Numbered from the stretch's first letter, positions 37,791 to 51,845 are shown. The stretch: 63,834 bases of DNA from Octopus bimaculoides (GCF_001194135.2 NC_069000.1:39425951-39489784), one strand, 5' to 3'. The notes: generated by a model not told the origin, from the sequence alone. Numbers and translations are program-made.

Positions 37791-38560
37791 TACCTGTAGT
37801 TGTCCTAGAACATCGCCTGGTGTTGTTATTATTATTATTATTATTATTGTCATTGCTGCTTTGGTTGTTTTAGCTGCTGTTTTTTCTATGGTCGTTGTGG
37901 TTGTTTCAAACATTTTTCTGTAAGGATTCTTTCATATAATACGTCTCGCATAGATGTGACTTTAATATAATTCGCAAAATAAGTAATGATTTTTGTCCAC
38001 TAGTATAATTTTTAAAAACTATCGTCGAAAATGCTTCAAGCATTGAAAAGTTTCTATTTATGAGTTATGTCTCCTAATAAGTTTATAAGTTTATATTTTC
38101 TAATCTTATAAGCTGTTTCAGTGCACTGTAAAACACTTTATTATGTACTTTATTATGTACTTTTAGCTAAACTTTGCCTAAGTCCGAAAATAATTACTCA
38201 GTTGATCTTGTTATAGTAATGAAATTATACTTCGTTCACTTCAAACAAATTATTCGATACTGTAAGCAAAGTTATTTCAAAGATTTGCAAAGTTTTTTTT
38301 CTTTCTTTTATATACATTAATTAGACTATTTTCCAGTAGCGATTCATGGGCCAAGACTTCTTGTTTATAAAACAATTAGAATACTTCTAATTAAATCATT
38401 TAGAAGAACAAGCTAATTAACATTTATTATAATTATAGCTCCTAATTGAATGCCTGTTTTTATGGAGATATATTTCATGATGTATTGATGGATTGTTGTT
38501 TGAATATCTAATAAATTGTTTGAAACATCAGTGAATAAAAGACACTATAATCCTATGTAC

Positions 38561-38762
38561 AGGCGCAGGCGTGACTGTTTGGTAAGAAGGCTGCTTCACA
38601 ACCATATGGTTCTGGATTCAATCCGACTGCATGGCAAGTTGGGCAAGTGTCTTCTATTAAAGCCTCGGGTCGACCGAAGGCTTGTGAGTGGATTTGATAG
38701 AGGGAAACTGACAGAAGCCTATCTTACAGACACACATATATGTATGTATGTATGTATATATG

Positions 38763-38842
<80 letters not shown>

Positions 38843-38865
38843 GTATGTATATATACATATGTATA
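38561..38865 (+). mobile_element. SINE family C, 5' half plus long (TA)n
   Basis: aggcgcaggcgtgactgtttggtaag...ttgggcaagtgtcttcta...gcttgtgagtggatttg...gaaactgacagaagcc, then (TA)n. Confidence 0.85.
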
Positions 38866-39241
38866 TGGAATACGGGCGCTATGTGGAGGTATCTAGAGTG
38901 GAGCGTTCCCCGTTGGAAGATGAGCGACACAACCTATCACACAGAGAACAGCAGACCCTAGTTACTAAATATCGTTACGAAATTTGCAAAAGCTTGAGTT
39001 TGGTTTTTGGTGAGCTGCAGATTGGTTTTCCTATTTAATACAACTATATTCCCTGAAAGGTATCCTTAGCGATCTCTCTTCTTCTTTAACTATAAAAATC
39101 AAAAATATGTTAAAAGTTTTCAATCAAGAATTGAAACGTGTCCCTATCTCAGCGCATATTTCAGGACTGTTTCTGTGATTGATCGCATTGCTAATCTGTT
39201 ATTACCGTGCACGAAAACGAAGTGACAGTCAGATAATTATA

Positions 39242-39370
39242 GATAATTTACTTATTGATCACTAACTTAGATCTTTACAGATAATTTACTTATCGATCAT
39301 GGTCTCAGTTCATTATGGATAAAATACTTATTGATCTTGCACTCAGATCATTAGAGATTATTATCGATCT
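39242..39370. repeat. 38-bp minisatellite, ~3.4 copies
   Basis: Units start at 39242, 39280, 39318 and 39356 (gataatttacttattgatc...). Confidence 0.85.
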
Positions 39371-41410
39371 CTGAAGGTTTTGACATGAACACACAAAGAA
39401 ACAAATTACATATAGCAATACATTCTCTCTGATGTTCTACAATCTTAGTCATCATCGTCGACATCACCATCATCATAATCACCACCATCATCACCATCAG
39501 TAGCAGCAAAGCAATACGCCGTGTTGATTAACATATGGTTATATATCTTTGTTGCAGATTGTTGAAATTAACACTACTATAAAACAAAAAGACTTACAAA
39601 GTAATACAAACCAAAGACAAAATTATTTGTTTTATATTTTAGTAAAAGTAGAATAACGCTACCAATTTCAACCAAAGACAGTATAATAATAGGATGTTAG
39701 CGGAAATGACTGAGGTGTAATTTGCAAAATGCACTTGGAATTAATGTGACTATATTATTTTTATGTACATCGCATTACAGAGGAGAATAATAACACATAT
39801 TTCTCTTTCTACGCTGTATTGCCAATAGGAAATATTTTAACACATTATGTCGAGCTTAAATATTATTTACTTTCGTCTAAATTAACTTCCTTATGATATA
39901 ATAATTGGCAACCATTTACATAACATCTGCTATTATATTTCTTTGAAATGAATGAATTATATCCTGGTAAAGCCAAGAAACTATTATGCACTTCACTAGA
40001 ATATCTTTAAAAATTTAAAAGTTATGCAGGCTTTCGTATGGAAAGTTAAGCATTATGAAACATTTGAAGTTATAACATTTGAAAAACTCAAGAAATAAAT
40101 GTTTTTGTTGGCGTTAAATAGTTATAAACGAGAAAAAGGGCGATACACCGCTTTTATAAATTTAAATAAGCGGCAACGATTGGAAAGATATCGTTGGGTA
40201 TATTTTCTCTGTAACTTTTCCTGATCATTCAAAGTGAATCGGGGAGAACAAACAGAGAGTAATATATCACCAAAACAAGAACCCTTTAGAACGATAATAT
40301 TGTAAATACAGAAGCATGTTATGCTAAATATCTGAGTCTGACACAAAATATATCCATTCTCCACGCATCTGAATAAGTGGCAACGCGATACAGAATTGAG
40401 AACATGTTTATCAAATGCTCAGTGAGATTCTGGAACTAAGTCTACTATTTCAACGATCCACAAGAGAAACAACTCATATTCTATGAACATAGCAAATCGG
40501 TAAAAGACGTCAGACGAAAAAGATTACAGTAAATCATAAATAAATAACTGATTTAATTATTTAAGTACTTATTGTATTGTTTAAGATATTCAATAAAACC
40601 TGAAATTCTTTCGGAACACATAATTCTATTATAGTAATTGTATTATTGTTTACAAGACGTATTATCAATTAATAAATGATTTGTCAATTCATTTATTTCA
40701 TTTTAAAAAGTTATGAAATTTATTTTTTTCTAATTTCCGTAATTTTTTTTCCTGTGAATTTTTACCGTTCATCACACTATTAAATACAAATTGAATATAA
40801 TAAGCATATGCATGCTATTCTGAAACGATGGTAGTAAACACACACACACACACACATTTATCTATATTATATCTTGTATTTTTAACTTTGTTCAGTCACT
40901 AAACTCAACGTCTAACTTGACTGAAGCAACGCTTTGGAGAATTTCTTGGTCGAATGAATCAACCTTATTAGTTACCATTTAAAAAAATCCTGGTTCTTAT
41001 TCTACCGGTTCTGTTTCAGACCCAGTAAGTTAAATACAACAACACCGGTTGTCAAATGGTGAGAGAGAGACAAAAAACTATCTCAAATGCACACACGGTA
41101 ATATATTTCTGAAAAACTACTTCTATGACGTGTATAAATATATGTATGAAAATTAATTGTAAAATGATGGACTCAAACATTCTGTTTATCGGATCACCGA
41201 ATAGATGGAATCCATTTCCTGGGTGGGGGGTTAAGCAATTAAATCGCTCCCGACTTATTTTCGAATACTTTCTCAAGAGACGCAATGTTACGCGTATCAG
41301 AACTTGTTAAAAAGTCAGAGGGAAACACAGTAACATAAAAAGCTACATACACACACTCACACACATATATCTATATATATACATATAGATATTTTATAAT
41401 TGTAAACATA

Positions 41411-41520
41411 ATGAAAGGCAAAGTCGACCTCGACAGAATTTGAACTCAGAACGTAAAGACAGACGAAATACCGCGTAGCATTTCGCCCGGTGCGCTAACG
41501 TTTCTGCCAGCTCGTCGCCT
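41411..41520 (-). mobile_element. SINE family A, 5' half
   Basis: atgaaaggcaaagtcgacctcg...gctaacgtttctgccagctcgtcgcct. Confidence 0.88.
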
Positions 41521-41551
41521 GTTCCGCGTTATATATTATTTGTAAATTTTA

Positions 41552-41780
41552 TTGGGTTGTCCGGAAAGTTCGTGCCGATTTTTAAAGGAAAGAAAAAGGT
41601 CAATAAATACTTGCCATTACATTTTTAATCAACCAAATATGAACCATTTTGTTGCACAATGCGTCTCCATCTTTCCTTTAACTTGAAAAATACCCTCTTT
41701 CCAGAAATGAGGTGGTTTCATGATAAATAAGTCGAAAGGTGAGCTACTATAAATCAGCACCAACTTTCCGGACAACCCAA
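41552..41780 (-). mobile_element. 229-bp mariner-derived MITE
   Basis: 30-bp TIRs ttgggttgtccggaaagttcgtgccgattt with 2 mismatches between ends, TA on both sides (41550-41551, 41781-41782); the minus strand retains KPPHFWKEGIF / KERWRRIVQQNGSYLVD*, the mariner C-terminus. Confidence 0.92.
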
Positions 41781-41789
41781 TAGTACATG

Positions 41790-41984
41790 CCAGCAATTGT
41801 AGAGGAGTGTACAAATCGATTACATCGATCCCAGTATTCAACTGGTACTTATTTTATTGAACCTGAGAAGATGAAAAGCAAAGTCGATACGGGTGGGTTA
41901 TGAATTCAGAATGTAAAGTCCAAAGAAATGCTGTTGAGCATTTCTTTTTCCCTCTCGGTACGAATTCCGCCAGCTCAACACCCT
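41790..41984 (-). mobile_element. SINE family A, old copy
   Basis: tcgattacatcgatcccagtattcaactggtacttatttt...gatgaaaagcaaagtcga...ccgccagctcaac. Confidence 0.78.
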
Positions 41985-42871
41985 ATTCCGTGATATTTAT
42001 TGGCGGTAGATATATATGTAAATGTATATGCGCATGTGTATTTATCTATCTATATACATCTCTCTTTCCTTTCCTGAGCGTCCAATAATACTATCCATAT
42101 CACGTCCTCACCTTGTTGTTTTTTTGTTTTTTTGTTATTGTGTTTTTGANNNNNNNNNNNNNNNNNNNNNNNNNNNNNNNNNNNNNNNNNNNNNNNNNNN
42201 NNNNNNNNNNNNNNNNNNNNNNNNNNNNNNNNNNNNNNNNNNNNNNNNNNNNNNNNNNNNNNNNNNNNNNNNNNNNNNNNNNNNNNNNNNNNNNNNNNNN
42301 NNNNNNNNNNNNNNNNNNNNNNNNNNNNNNNNNNNNNNNNNNNNNNNNNNNNNNNNNNNNNNNNNNNNNNNNNNNNNNNNNNNNNNNNNNNNNNNNNNNN
42401 NNNNNNNNNNNNNNNNNNNNNNNNNNNNNNNNNNNNNNNNNNNNNNNNNNNNNNNNNNNNNNNNNNNNNNNNNNNNNNNNNNNNNNNNNNNNNNNNNNNN
42501 NNNNNNNNNNNNNNNNNNNNNNNNNNNNNNNNNNNNNNNNNNNNNNNNNNNNNNNNNNNNNNNNNNNNNNNNNNNNNNNNNNNNNNNNNNNNNNNNNNNN
42601 NNNNNNNNNNNNNNNNNNNNNNNNNNNNNNNNNNNNTATTGATTTATTGATTTATTTGTGTGTGTGTTTGTGTGTGTGTGTGTGTGCGAGTCTAGGTATG
42701 AATAAGAAACTTTGATTTTTCAGATTCCGTATGGGTTGTAATCAGTAACGTTAAGTGATTCAGTTGTATATAAAAAATATATATACCACAATAGTGAGCA
42801 AATCAGAAATTACAGTCTCAGTATTGGAAAATGTGCCAAACTTGTATGTGTATGTATGTGAATATGATGTG

Positions 42872-43110
42872 GCAGTGCATGGGCGAGTGGTTAGAATCTC
42901 GTACTCGTGGTCGTAAGTTTGTGGTTTCGATACATGCATAAGGTGGTGCGTTCTGTTCTTGAGAAAAAAATCACTACATTTAACGTTGCTCGCCCAGTTG
43001 GAAAAAATGGATTATCCAGAGATGGAAAGGCGAACCGTACAGGAGGGGAATAAAAGTGCCACGAAATCCGGGAAACCACTTTTAAGCGCCTATGGCTCGA
43101 GATCCTTTTT
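42872..43110 (+). mobile_element. SINE family D, tRNA-like head, diverged
   Basis: gggcgagtggttagaatc...gtggtttcgatac...gttcttgagaaaaaaatcactacatttaacgttgctc. Confidence 0.55.
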
Positions 43111-43257
43111 GATAGAAATATGATGCGATATGTGCGCTCTTCTAAACACAGACAAGTATAGGCGTGTATACATATAGATGTATATATCTATATATATGTA
43201 TATATGTGAAGGCGCATGGCTAAATGGTTAAGCGGTTTCATTTACGATCGCTACATC

Positions 43258-43260
43258 GTG

Positions 43261-43330
<70 letters not shown>

Positions 43331-43500
43331 CAGACACACAGACAGACAGACAGACAGACAGACATACATACAGGCAGACAGACATATAGATAGATAGACA
43401 TATAGATAGATAGACAGATAGATAGATAGATAGATACATACATACATAGATAGATAGATAAANNNNNNNNNNAGATAAATAGACAGACAGACAGACAGAC

Positions 43501-43568
<68 letters not shown>
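43258..43568. repeat. Compound (GATA)n/(GACA)n array
   Basis: Read directly; contains a 10-N gap. Confidence 0.95.
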
Positions 43569-45199
43569 GGATACACACATCACTTTAATATACATTAATA
43601 TAATAGAATATATAATATAAATATATAGTATGTATAATATACAATGTGTTTGTGTATCTGTGCGTGTCTGTGTGTGTATGTGTACGTGTGTACGTATGTA
43701 CGTATGTATATAGTATGTGTGCGCATCAGTTCTGGTATATTATGTTGTAAGCCATTATGAAGTCGGGGGATAAGCAGCAGAACTGGCACGTCCATGACTA
43801 AATGCTCGCCATACCTCCAACAGGTGAAAGCCGATCTAGCCTACAAGGCCAGATTCTCTTATCGTATAATGCTCGACTGTCTATCATGCAAACTTAGATA
43901 AATTGACATTCCATACAATCTGAGATGGTTTGGAAGATCAGCATTAATCTACGCTTTGCATTACTGCACTCTGAAGTAAGTATACACTTTGTGAATGTAA
44001 CACGAACGTTTTATCTTGCCAAATTTTATGAACAGTACTCTAAACAACGTCGATCCCTCTATCCTATCAAAGTCAGTATAATTTTGTTCCAAAAACCCAT
44101 CTGTAGCAACGAAGTCACGGATAACACTACTTTTGTTATCCGTGTATTCTCGCCAAAGATGTGGGAGTCAGATGTTATACATCACATAACAGGACAAGAT
44201 GTAGTTTATAAGGCATCTTCTTGACCTAGACTAAAAGCTCATTTTTAATTCATAAAGTATTACTATTATATTTATCTATTGATGTTTTACCATTGCCATA
44301 TCTACCAACATTATTTGTTATTGGAGCATACGAGAGATACTAAATATTTCGTTGCTTAAAGGGTATCACGAAAGGCCTGGCTGGAAGCCCAACATTTCGG
44401 CTTCTTTTACAGGGATTAGAAAAACTGAAGGACCAATTGCAATACGTGTGTGAATCTGAGATTGGGAGGTGTTGTATAAAATCATAATTAACTGATCCTC
44501 CATTATTTCAGCACCACTTTGTACACCTACCCACACACGGATACATTTGCATATACTTATTGTCTGTCACTCACACGCACACACTCACGCACACACGCAC
44601 ACACNNNNNNNNNNNNNNNNNNNNNNNNNNNNNNNNNNNNNNNNNNNNNNNNNNNNNNNNNNNNNNNNNNNNNNNNNNNNNNNNNNNNNNNNNNNNNNNN
44701 NNNNNNNNNNNNNNNNNNNNNNNNNNNNNNNNNNNNNNNNNNNNNNNNNNNNNNNNNNNNNNNNNNNNNNNNNNNNNNNNNNNNNNNNNNNNNNNNNNNN
44801 NNNNNNNNNNNNNNNNNNNNNNNNNNNNNNNNNNNNNNNNNNNNNNNNNNNNNNNNNNNNNNNNNNNNNNNNNNNNNNNNNNNNNNNNNNNNNNNNNNNN
44901 NNNNNNNNNNNNNNNNNNNNNNNNNNNNNNNNNNNNNNNNNNNNNNNNNNNNNNNNNNNNNNNNNNNNNNNNNNNNNNNNNNNNNNNNNNNNNNNNNNNN
45001 NNNNNNNNNNNNNNNNNNNNNNNNNNNNNNNNNNNNNNNNNNNNNNNNNNNNNNNNNNNNNNNNNNNNNNNNNNNNNNNNNNNNNNNNNNNNNNNNNNNN
45101 NNNNNNNNNNNNNNNNNNNNNNNNNNNNNNNNNNNNNNNNNNNNNNNNNNNNNNNNNNNNNNNNNNNNNNNNNNNNNNNNNNNNNNNNNNNNNNNNNNN

Positions 45200-45236
<37 letters not shown>

Positions 45237-45608
45237 CCTCTTTGTCTCTCTCTCACTTTTTTCCCTCTCTCGCTATCTCACTCGCTTTCTACAACCCTAT
45301 TACACTTTAGATTAATGTCTATAGAGGAACATTACCAGAATATAGATGTTTTTTTTTTTAAGTGTGTAGATGTTCTTGTGTGTATCCTCACATTTGTATA
45401 TGCGTGTGTTCGTGTATATCTGCAGGCGTGTGTGTATGTGCCTGTGTTCCTTGGCCTTTCACATATGTGAACTGAAAGAGATGAAATTGATAAGGCGGAC
45501 ACCTTCTTGACCTAGACTGAGAAACCATTTTTAATTTATAAGATGTCATTTTTATCAATATATTAAGGTTATTATTATCATTATTATTATCCTTATTATT
45601 ATTATTAT

Positions 45609-45646
<38 letters not shown>

Positions 45647-46375
45647 TTGTTATTATTATGTCTATGTATAGGAGGTTGTAAACACAGAGATACACTCACA
45701 TACACATATATGTATGAATATANNNNNNNNNNNNNNNNNNNNNNNNNNNNNNNNNNNNNNNNNNNNNNNNNNNNNNNNNNNNNNNNNNNNNNNNNNNNNN
45801 NNNNNNNNNNNNNNNNNNNNNNNNNNNNNNNNNNNNNNNNNNNNNNNNNNNNNNNNNNNNNNNNNNNNNNNNNNNNNNNNNNNNNNNNNNNNNNNNNNTA
45901 TATATATACATATATATATATATACAATATTTGATTGTATATATACAATGTTTCCGACTAAATTACAATGGTATAGTTTCTATCGAGAAAGATTGGACGA
46001 TACTGACGGACGGTTGCGTTTGAAATTATTTCAATCACACGCATATATCAATATATAGTATACCTGTGTGTGTGTGTGTTTGTGTGCGTGCGTGCGTGTG
46101 ATTGCACACGCAAGTGTGTATACCTGCGATTGCATTCATGTTTAATACGTGTGACAGACTTCTGCGCAATTTTCTTCTATGAAGTTCTTCTTACGCTCGA
46201 TGAGCAAGACCTTCTACTAAAATAACTTAGCGAATATGTCGCTTAGTTAAATAAACCTCTGAACCTTGTGTTTGTCAGTCGATATATACAACTATCAATC
46301 TGTATATTTCCCAAGAAAAATGCTTGGCTATACCATTTCAAATTATTTAGCTCTGCTTCATGTATTCGTTCTATT

Positions 46376-46553
46376 AGGGCACAAGACCTGAAAATTTGGC
46401 GTGGGGGGTTACTGGTACTTATTCTATCTGCGGGTCCTTATTTTATGGACCACGAAGAGATGAAAATAAAATATATTTCGGCAAAATTTAAACTCAGATT
46501 GCAAAGCTATTCATTTTCTCTTATATGCCAACTGTTCTGCCGGCTCGCTGCCT
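46376..46553 (-). mobile_element. SINE family A, old copy
   Basis: agggcacaagacctgaaaatttgg...ggcaaaatttaaactcag...ttctgccggctcgctgcct. Confidence 0.65.
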
Positions 46554-46574
46554 GAAAAGCGATCAGTTCTTCAA

Positions 46575-46768
46575 TGGGCACAGCACACGAAATAGTGGAA
46601 AATGAGCTAATCGATTACGTCTACATCGGTACCCGATTGGTACTTATTTTATGAACACAGAGGAGTGAACGGTAAATCCGCCTCGGAATTTGAACTCAGA
46701 TTGCAAAACCGAATGAAATACTGCTAAACCTTTTGCCAGCGAGCAAACGTTCAGCCAGCTCACCGCCA
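46575..46768 (-). mobile_element. SINE family A, old copy (tandem to the previous one)
   Basis: ctaatcgattac...ggtacttatttt...cggaatttgaactcag...gccagctcaccgcc. Confidence 0.72.
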
Positions 46769-47308
46769 TTCTCTGCTTTCAGAAGTGTACTTTTATAGTA
46801 CTTTTATAGTACTTTATTTTCTTTTTATACCATCGTGCGCGCGCTGTGCTCAATTTCATTATTTCTCTTTTAAATATCTTCTTTATTATAACAATAAGGA
46901 TGATAATTAATTCTGCTCCCTTCACGCTTGCCTTGATGCATTTTACTAATGCGAATCTAATCAGACCTTTACCTCATTTATGTACAGCCTACAGCAATGC
47001 TTCAGGCTGTTTGTCCCTCACAACTTATAACTTGAGCTATGGAGACTACTTTCTCTTAGCTATTGTTCAAATAAACTTATACCAACATCATTCAATTTCA
47101 TCTCATTATGGTTTGAATTTCGACTGATTAGAAATTATTTTCGGCTCGATTGGTCAAATATGGACGTAATCGCCAATTATTTATTCGTTATGCAAATGTT
47201 AGTTTCTAATGTATTGTAATGTAATCACCTGAAAAATAATTATTATAAATATTTCACAACGAGGTAACGTTCTGCATTCATAAAAAATCTGAACTTGAAG
47301 GGGCGTGG

Positions 47309-47314
47309 GTATAC

Positions 47315-47393
<79 letters not shown>

Positions 47394-47403
47394 CGCGCGT
47401 GTG
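47309..47403. repeat. 95-bp uninterrupted alternating purine-pyrimidine tract, (TA)n-(GC)5-(GT)
   Basis: Read directly. Confidence 0.9.
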
Positions 47404-47720
47404 ATGTTTGATCAATAAGTATCCGGAATATTGCTATAGTAATGAAGCTGAAGTGCTCAAAGTAAAGCCGTTTAGCACAGATTTCCATCAAACTCTGTTT
47501 CACATCAGTTCAAATTTACTTCTGCTGTTTACAGCAGTGCTTGAAAGGAAGGTGTATAGCGTGCTCCAAGCCCTACATATAGTTGCAGAAAGTGTATGAT
47601 GAGGGGTGTTTGAGCGGCACACAAATGTACGAGCGACTGAGACTTTTCCAACATGGCCGAAAGTATATCGATAGTGACGAACGTTCTGGGAGACACAAAA
47701 CCAGCAGAACTCAGAAAACA
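47404..47720 (+). mobile_element. Mariner 5' remnant (TIR-like plus HTH segment)
   Basis: tgatcaataagtatccggaat is TIR-like; ORF from 47583 QKVYDEGCLSGTQMYERLRLFQHGRKYIDSDERSGRHKTS resembles the mariner N-terminal HTH (..VYG..CLSR..V.EW...F..G...D..RSGRP.TS). Confidence 0.75.
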
Positions 47721-48794
47721 TATCTTATTGATACAATTGATTACGGGAATAATAGTTTTTTATTTAAATTTTGTCTTGCTCATAATAGTTTACTTTTAAA
47801 CGGAGCGGGACCTTTAAAGTAAGGAACGCATACAAGCTAACGTAGTGAATATGCCAGAAATAGATGTTAAAATGCCATTTTCAACTGAAGATCGCAGAGT
47901 ATGTCTGTCATACAAAGCGATAGAATTATTAAGATAACACTTACTTGGAAATGGAGGCGTGGCGTTCGATATATATATATATACACCTTGGGATTGCAAG
48001 ACCTTCACTGTCTCTTTTGTTGATGTATGTATGCATGTATGTATGTATGTATGTATGTAAAACGCCAAGGACATTGTTATATCTATGTAGACGTGGTCCA
48101 TATTACTTTGGCTTTTATCCTTTGATTGCACTGCATGGGATTCTCTACTATCTGCATGCGCTCTCCTGGCATAGTTCTGGTGGGTCATTAAGGCATACAA
48201 GTCACAATATGCCATAAGGACTAGGCTACGTGTTGTAATCAACTAATTTACGTATGTTAACATGTTGCTAACTATTAAATTTTCGGATGATATAACTGAA
48301 ATATATGTAAGCTAAACTGTGCTTTCTTACGTAGATTAATACGGTACATGTCGATAAAATATTATTTCATCAAAAATATGAAGAAATCAATTTTTATTAA
48401 ATTTGAATAGAAAAAGGCGTGAAATATATCCTAGAATGCAAAATATAATATTCTCTTTAATTAGAAGTCGTAACGAACAAGTTGTAATAAAATTAACTGC
48501 AGTAATATAAATTTAATAAAGGTTAATCAATTAACTGTTTCATTTTGTATCGTAAATTCAATACTTACTTTAAATTGTAAACAAATTAAGTTGAAATTGA
48601 AACAAATTAAAAGTTTTGACACCAGATAGGCGGATATCAGACGGTATCGGTTACATTCACCGTTAAAATATTACAAAACTTGTAAATGATGCTAAAGGGG
48701 ATTGTAATGGCTCCAAGTGTAAATGTACTGATAGCCATTACTCGCAATGATATGCTGGAAATATACACGCTACCTGGGTAATAATGATGGTTTT

Positions 48795-48948
48795 AGATTT
48801 TAGCATAAGACGAGCAATTTTATGGGTGGCATAAACCAATTATATCGATGCCGGTTTTCTATTAGCACTTATTTCTTCGAACCCTAAAGGATGAAAGGCA
48901 AGTTCGATCTCGGCGGAAATTGAACTCAGAACGTAAGGACGAACAAAG
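48795..48948 (-). mobile_element. SINE family A fragment
   Basis: aaggatgaaaggcaagttcgatctcggcggaaattgaactcagaacgtaag. Confidence 0.78.
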
Positions 48949-49601
48949 TATATATATACTTCCTGCCACATTTTTTAGCACTCAATATAAGGAAAATTGT
49001 TGGTTTATTAAATTTTGATCTAAAATAAACATACCATTTTTCTTCGTACATATTATTAGTTGGAAGAAACATTAAAAGGTTTAAATCCGTTCTGAACGGA
49101 TATAACGACAATAATATAACAACCAGTTAATGATGTGGGGTAAAAAATATGTCTGACATATGAATATAAACAAATTACAGAAGACGCCCACCGATAGAAA
49201 TAAAAGCGATCGAAACCAACTAAGTTTGCTTACTCATAAAACCATTAGATGTAAACCGCAAGCTGATTGGTCAAAATAAAGGCGAATCTTGCTAGTAATG
49301 TCGGTGCGCCCGGCAAACGGAGACGTTTAAGCTGCATGCTGATTTGTCAAAACTGTATTCGAAAAATTCAGCTTTTCGAGCCTTCTAAAATATATAAAAA
49401 GAAGAAGCCAATCACTTTACTACAGTTGTCAAGAACTCAACTGTCAGTTAAATATATTTTTAAATCCGATGATCACTACTAGCGTATGAAAGCGCTAATT
49501 GAACTTTATGTACATTACAAAATATTGTTTTAATGTTTAACACAGTTCAACATTTTAAAAATTTCTTTTTTCATTACAATAATAAAAACGTGAAAATCAA
49601 A

Positions 49602-49687
49602 CTTCTGCTATAACCTCGGGCCAACTAAAGCCTTGTGAGTCGATTTGGTAGACAAGCTCGTCGTNNNNNNNNNNNNNNNNNNNNNNN

Positions 49688-49727
<40 letters not shown>

Positions 49728-50025
49728 GAGTGTCCTTCTTTTGTTTGTCCACTCTCTCATATATATGTGTGTATGTATGTATGTATGTATGTATCCATGT
49801 ATATATATGTATGTATTATGTGTGTATTTATATATTCGTACACTTGTGTCTGTGTGTCTATTTTTGTCCCCCCACCATCGCTTGAGAACCGATGTTGGTG
49901 TGTTTACGTCCCCGTAAAATAGAAGTTTGACAAAAGAAACCGATAGAATAAGTACCAATCTTACAAGCAAAAATTCCTGTGTTCGACTTCTTCAAATGAC
50001 TGAAACAAGCACACACATAAAAGAA
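49602..50025 (+). mobile_element. SINE family C with internal (TG)n/(TATG)n
   Basis: ctataacctcgggccaactaaagccttgtgag..., microsatellite, tttgtccccccaccatcgcttg...tttacgtccccgtaa...caaatgactgaaacaag. Confidence 0.85.
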
Positions 50026-50750
50026 TGTGTGCGTGTATTTGTGTGTGTGTGTGTGTGTGTTTATTCCTTCCTGTATGTCACAATATGTGATGTGTATTAA
50101 TTAACGATAATAAATATATCAATACCCTGCATCTTCTTTATATATTTCACTTATGGTTCAATGTTTTATGTCTCTATTTCAATACATCTGAATCGTCTAG
50201 AAATTACATATTTGGTATCTATAAACGTTAATGGTTTTTAGCTATAGAATTTTGTTTCAGGGAAATTTCAAATAACATACAAGTAACTCTGCTCATTATT
50301 CTGCTATGTTAGAGCTGAGCACATAACGCTACTAGCTTCAGTTCATCTGATTGATCAATCGCAATATTTAGACTACGGTAGTCTGACATATCCTGCACGA
50401 TGTGTTACCTCTTCTGCATATTGCTATGAAAGTCAATTCAATTTCGAAGTGGTAATTCTTAGTTTCGGAAATTTATAACTGTTCAACACATTCTAAATCA
50501 TAATTTGGAATTTAAGGAAATTCTTTTAAAAATCACTGGTGCCTCTGTCCGTTTCCTGTTTAGATAATATTATATGAAAATGACCACAAATTACTGCTAT
50601 TACATGAAAACCATGTCACACAACCGTTACGAATTTTCACAATATAATCTCCAAGTCTGTGTCTTTTCTCCATTCAGGTCTCTCTATCTCTCTCTTTCTT
50701 TCCCTTGTCTCTGTTTGTTTTTCTGTTTGTCTATCTGTGTCTGTCTGTTT

Positions 50751-50754
<4 letters not shown>

Positions 50755-50825
<71 letters not shown>

Positions 50826-50870
50826 TCCCTCTGTCTCTCTATCTATCTGTCTGTCTCTATTTCTTTCTCA
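50755..50870. repeat. (CT)n microsatellite
   Basis: Read directly. Confidence 0.95.
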
Positions 50871-51617
50871 ATCTGTCTCTCGTTATCACTTTTCTTTACT
50901 TTTCTTCGATTCTTCTTAAATTATTTTAGGTGGCATCAACTATTCTTAGAGACAGTCTCCAAATTTAAGGTAGACCACCAAAACAAAAGGAAGCTGGGGT
51001 AAAGATGGTTGGTAGGTTAATTTACTTTACACAGATTATCATCGCAAACTCTTTACTGGATACAGAGGAATGTTTAAAGTGAAGTGATGTAAGAACCAGA
51101 AACATTAATCGGTGTTTAGACTATAACTGATATATTTAATACAAGAGCCCCGAGTTCATTTGATGTTGCTGAATGATAAACTCTATTTGGTTTTTTGTGT
51201 TCTGTACGCCACTCTACTTTTATAAACTTGTACTGATACTTAAAAACTTATTGTGCGTCCGTTGTCTAACGACTGTCTAACGACTGTCTACCGACGGTAC
51301 AATGCATTGTGCGTGTTGCAGCTACTGTTGTCGTGTGATAGGTTTTGTATAAGGGATTCTACTTTCATCAAGATTCTTACGGTAGGCCTGAACATTTAAT
51401 ACACTTTCTTTCTTTTTTTTTTCAACTTATCTCGCTCATACTCTCATATATCTCCATTGTATTCTCATTCTCTTTCCTTCACACCTGGTTTCCTTTCTTG
51501 CTTTTCTCGACTCTCTCCCCTTCTCTCTCTGTAGTTCATTGGACGGCTTTTTGATTTTAACAGCAGTGTTTGAGCTATACTTCACATTTATGGGTATGTG
51601 TGTATATGTGTGTATGC

Positions 51618-51619
51618 AT

Positions 51620-51666
<47 letters not shown>

Positions 51667-51812
51667 CATGAATACAAACAAATTCTTCCTGCACAGATAC
51701 TGCATGCATACATACATGCATACATACGTACGTACGTACGTACATACATACATACATACAAACATACATACATACATACAAACATACATACATACATACA
51801 TACATACATACG

Positions 51813-51845
<33 letters not shown>

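Noticed and set aside
44388-44415. Fourth hammerhead-like motif on the minus strand (ccctgtaaaagaagccgaaatgttggg)
   Set aside because: The core has two or more mismatches and there is no helix II.
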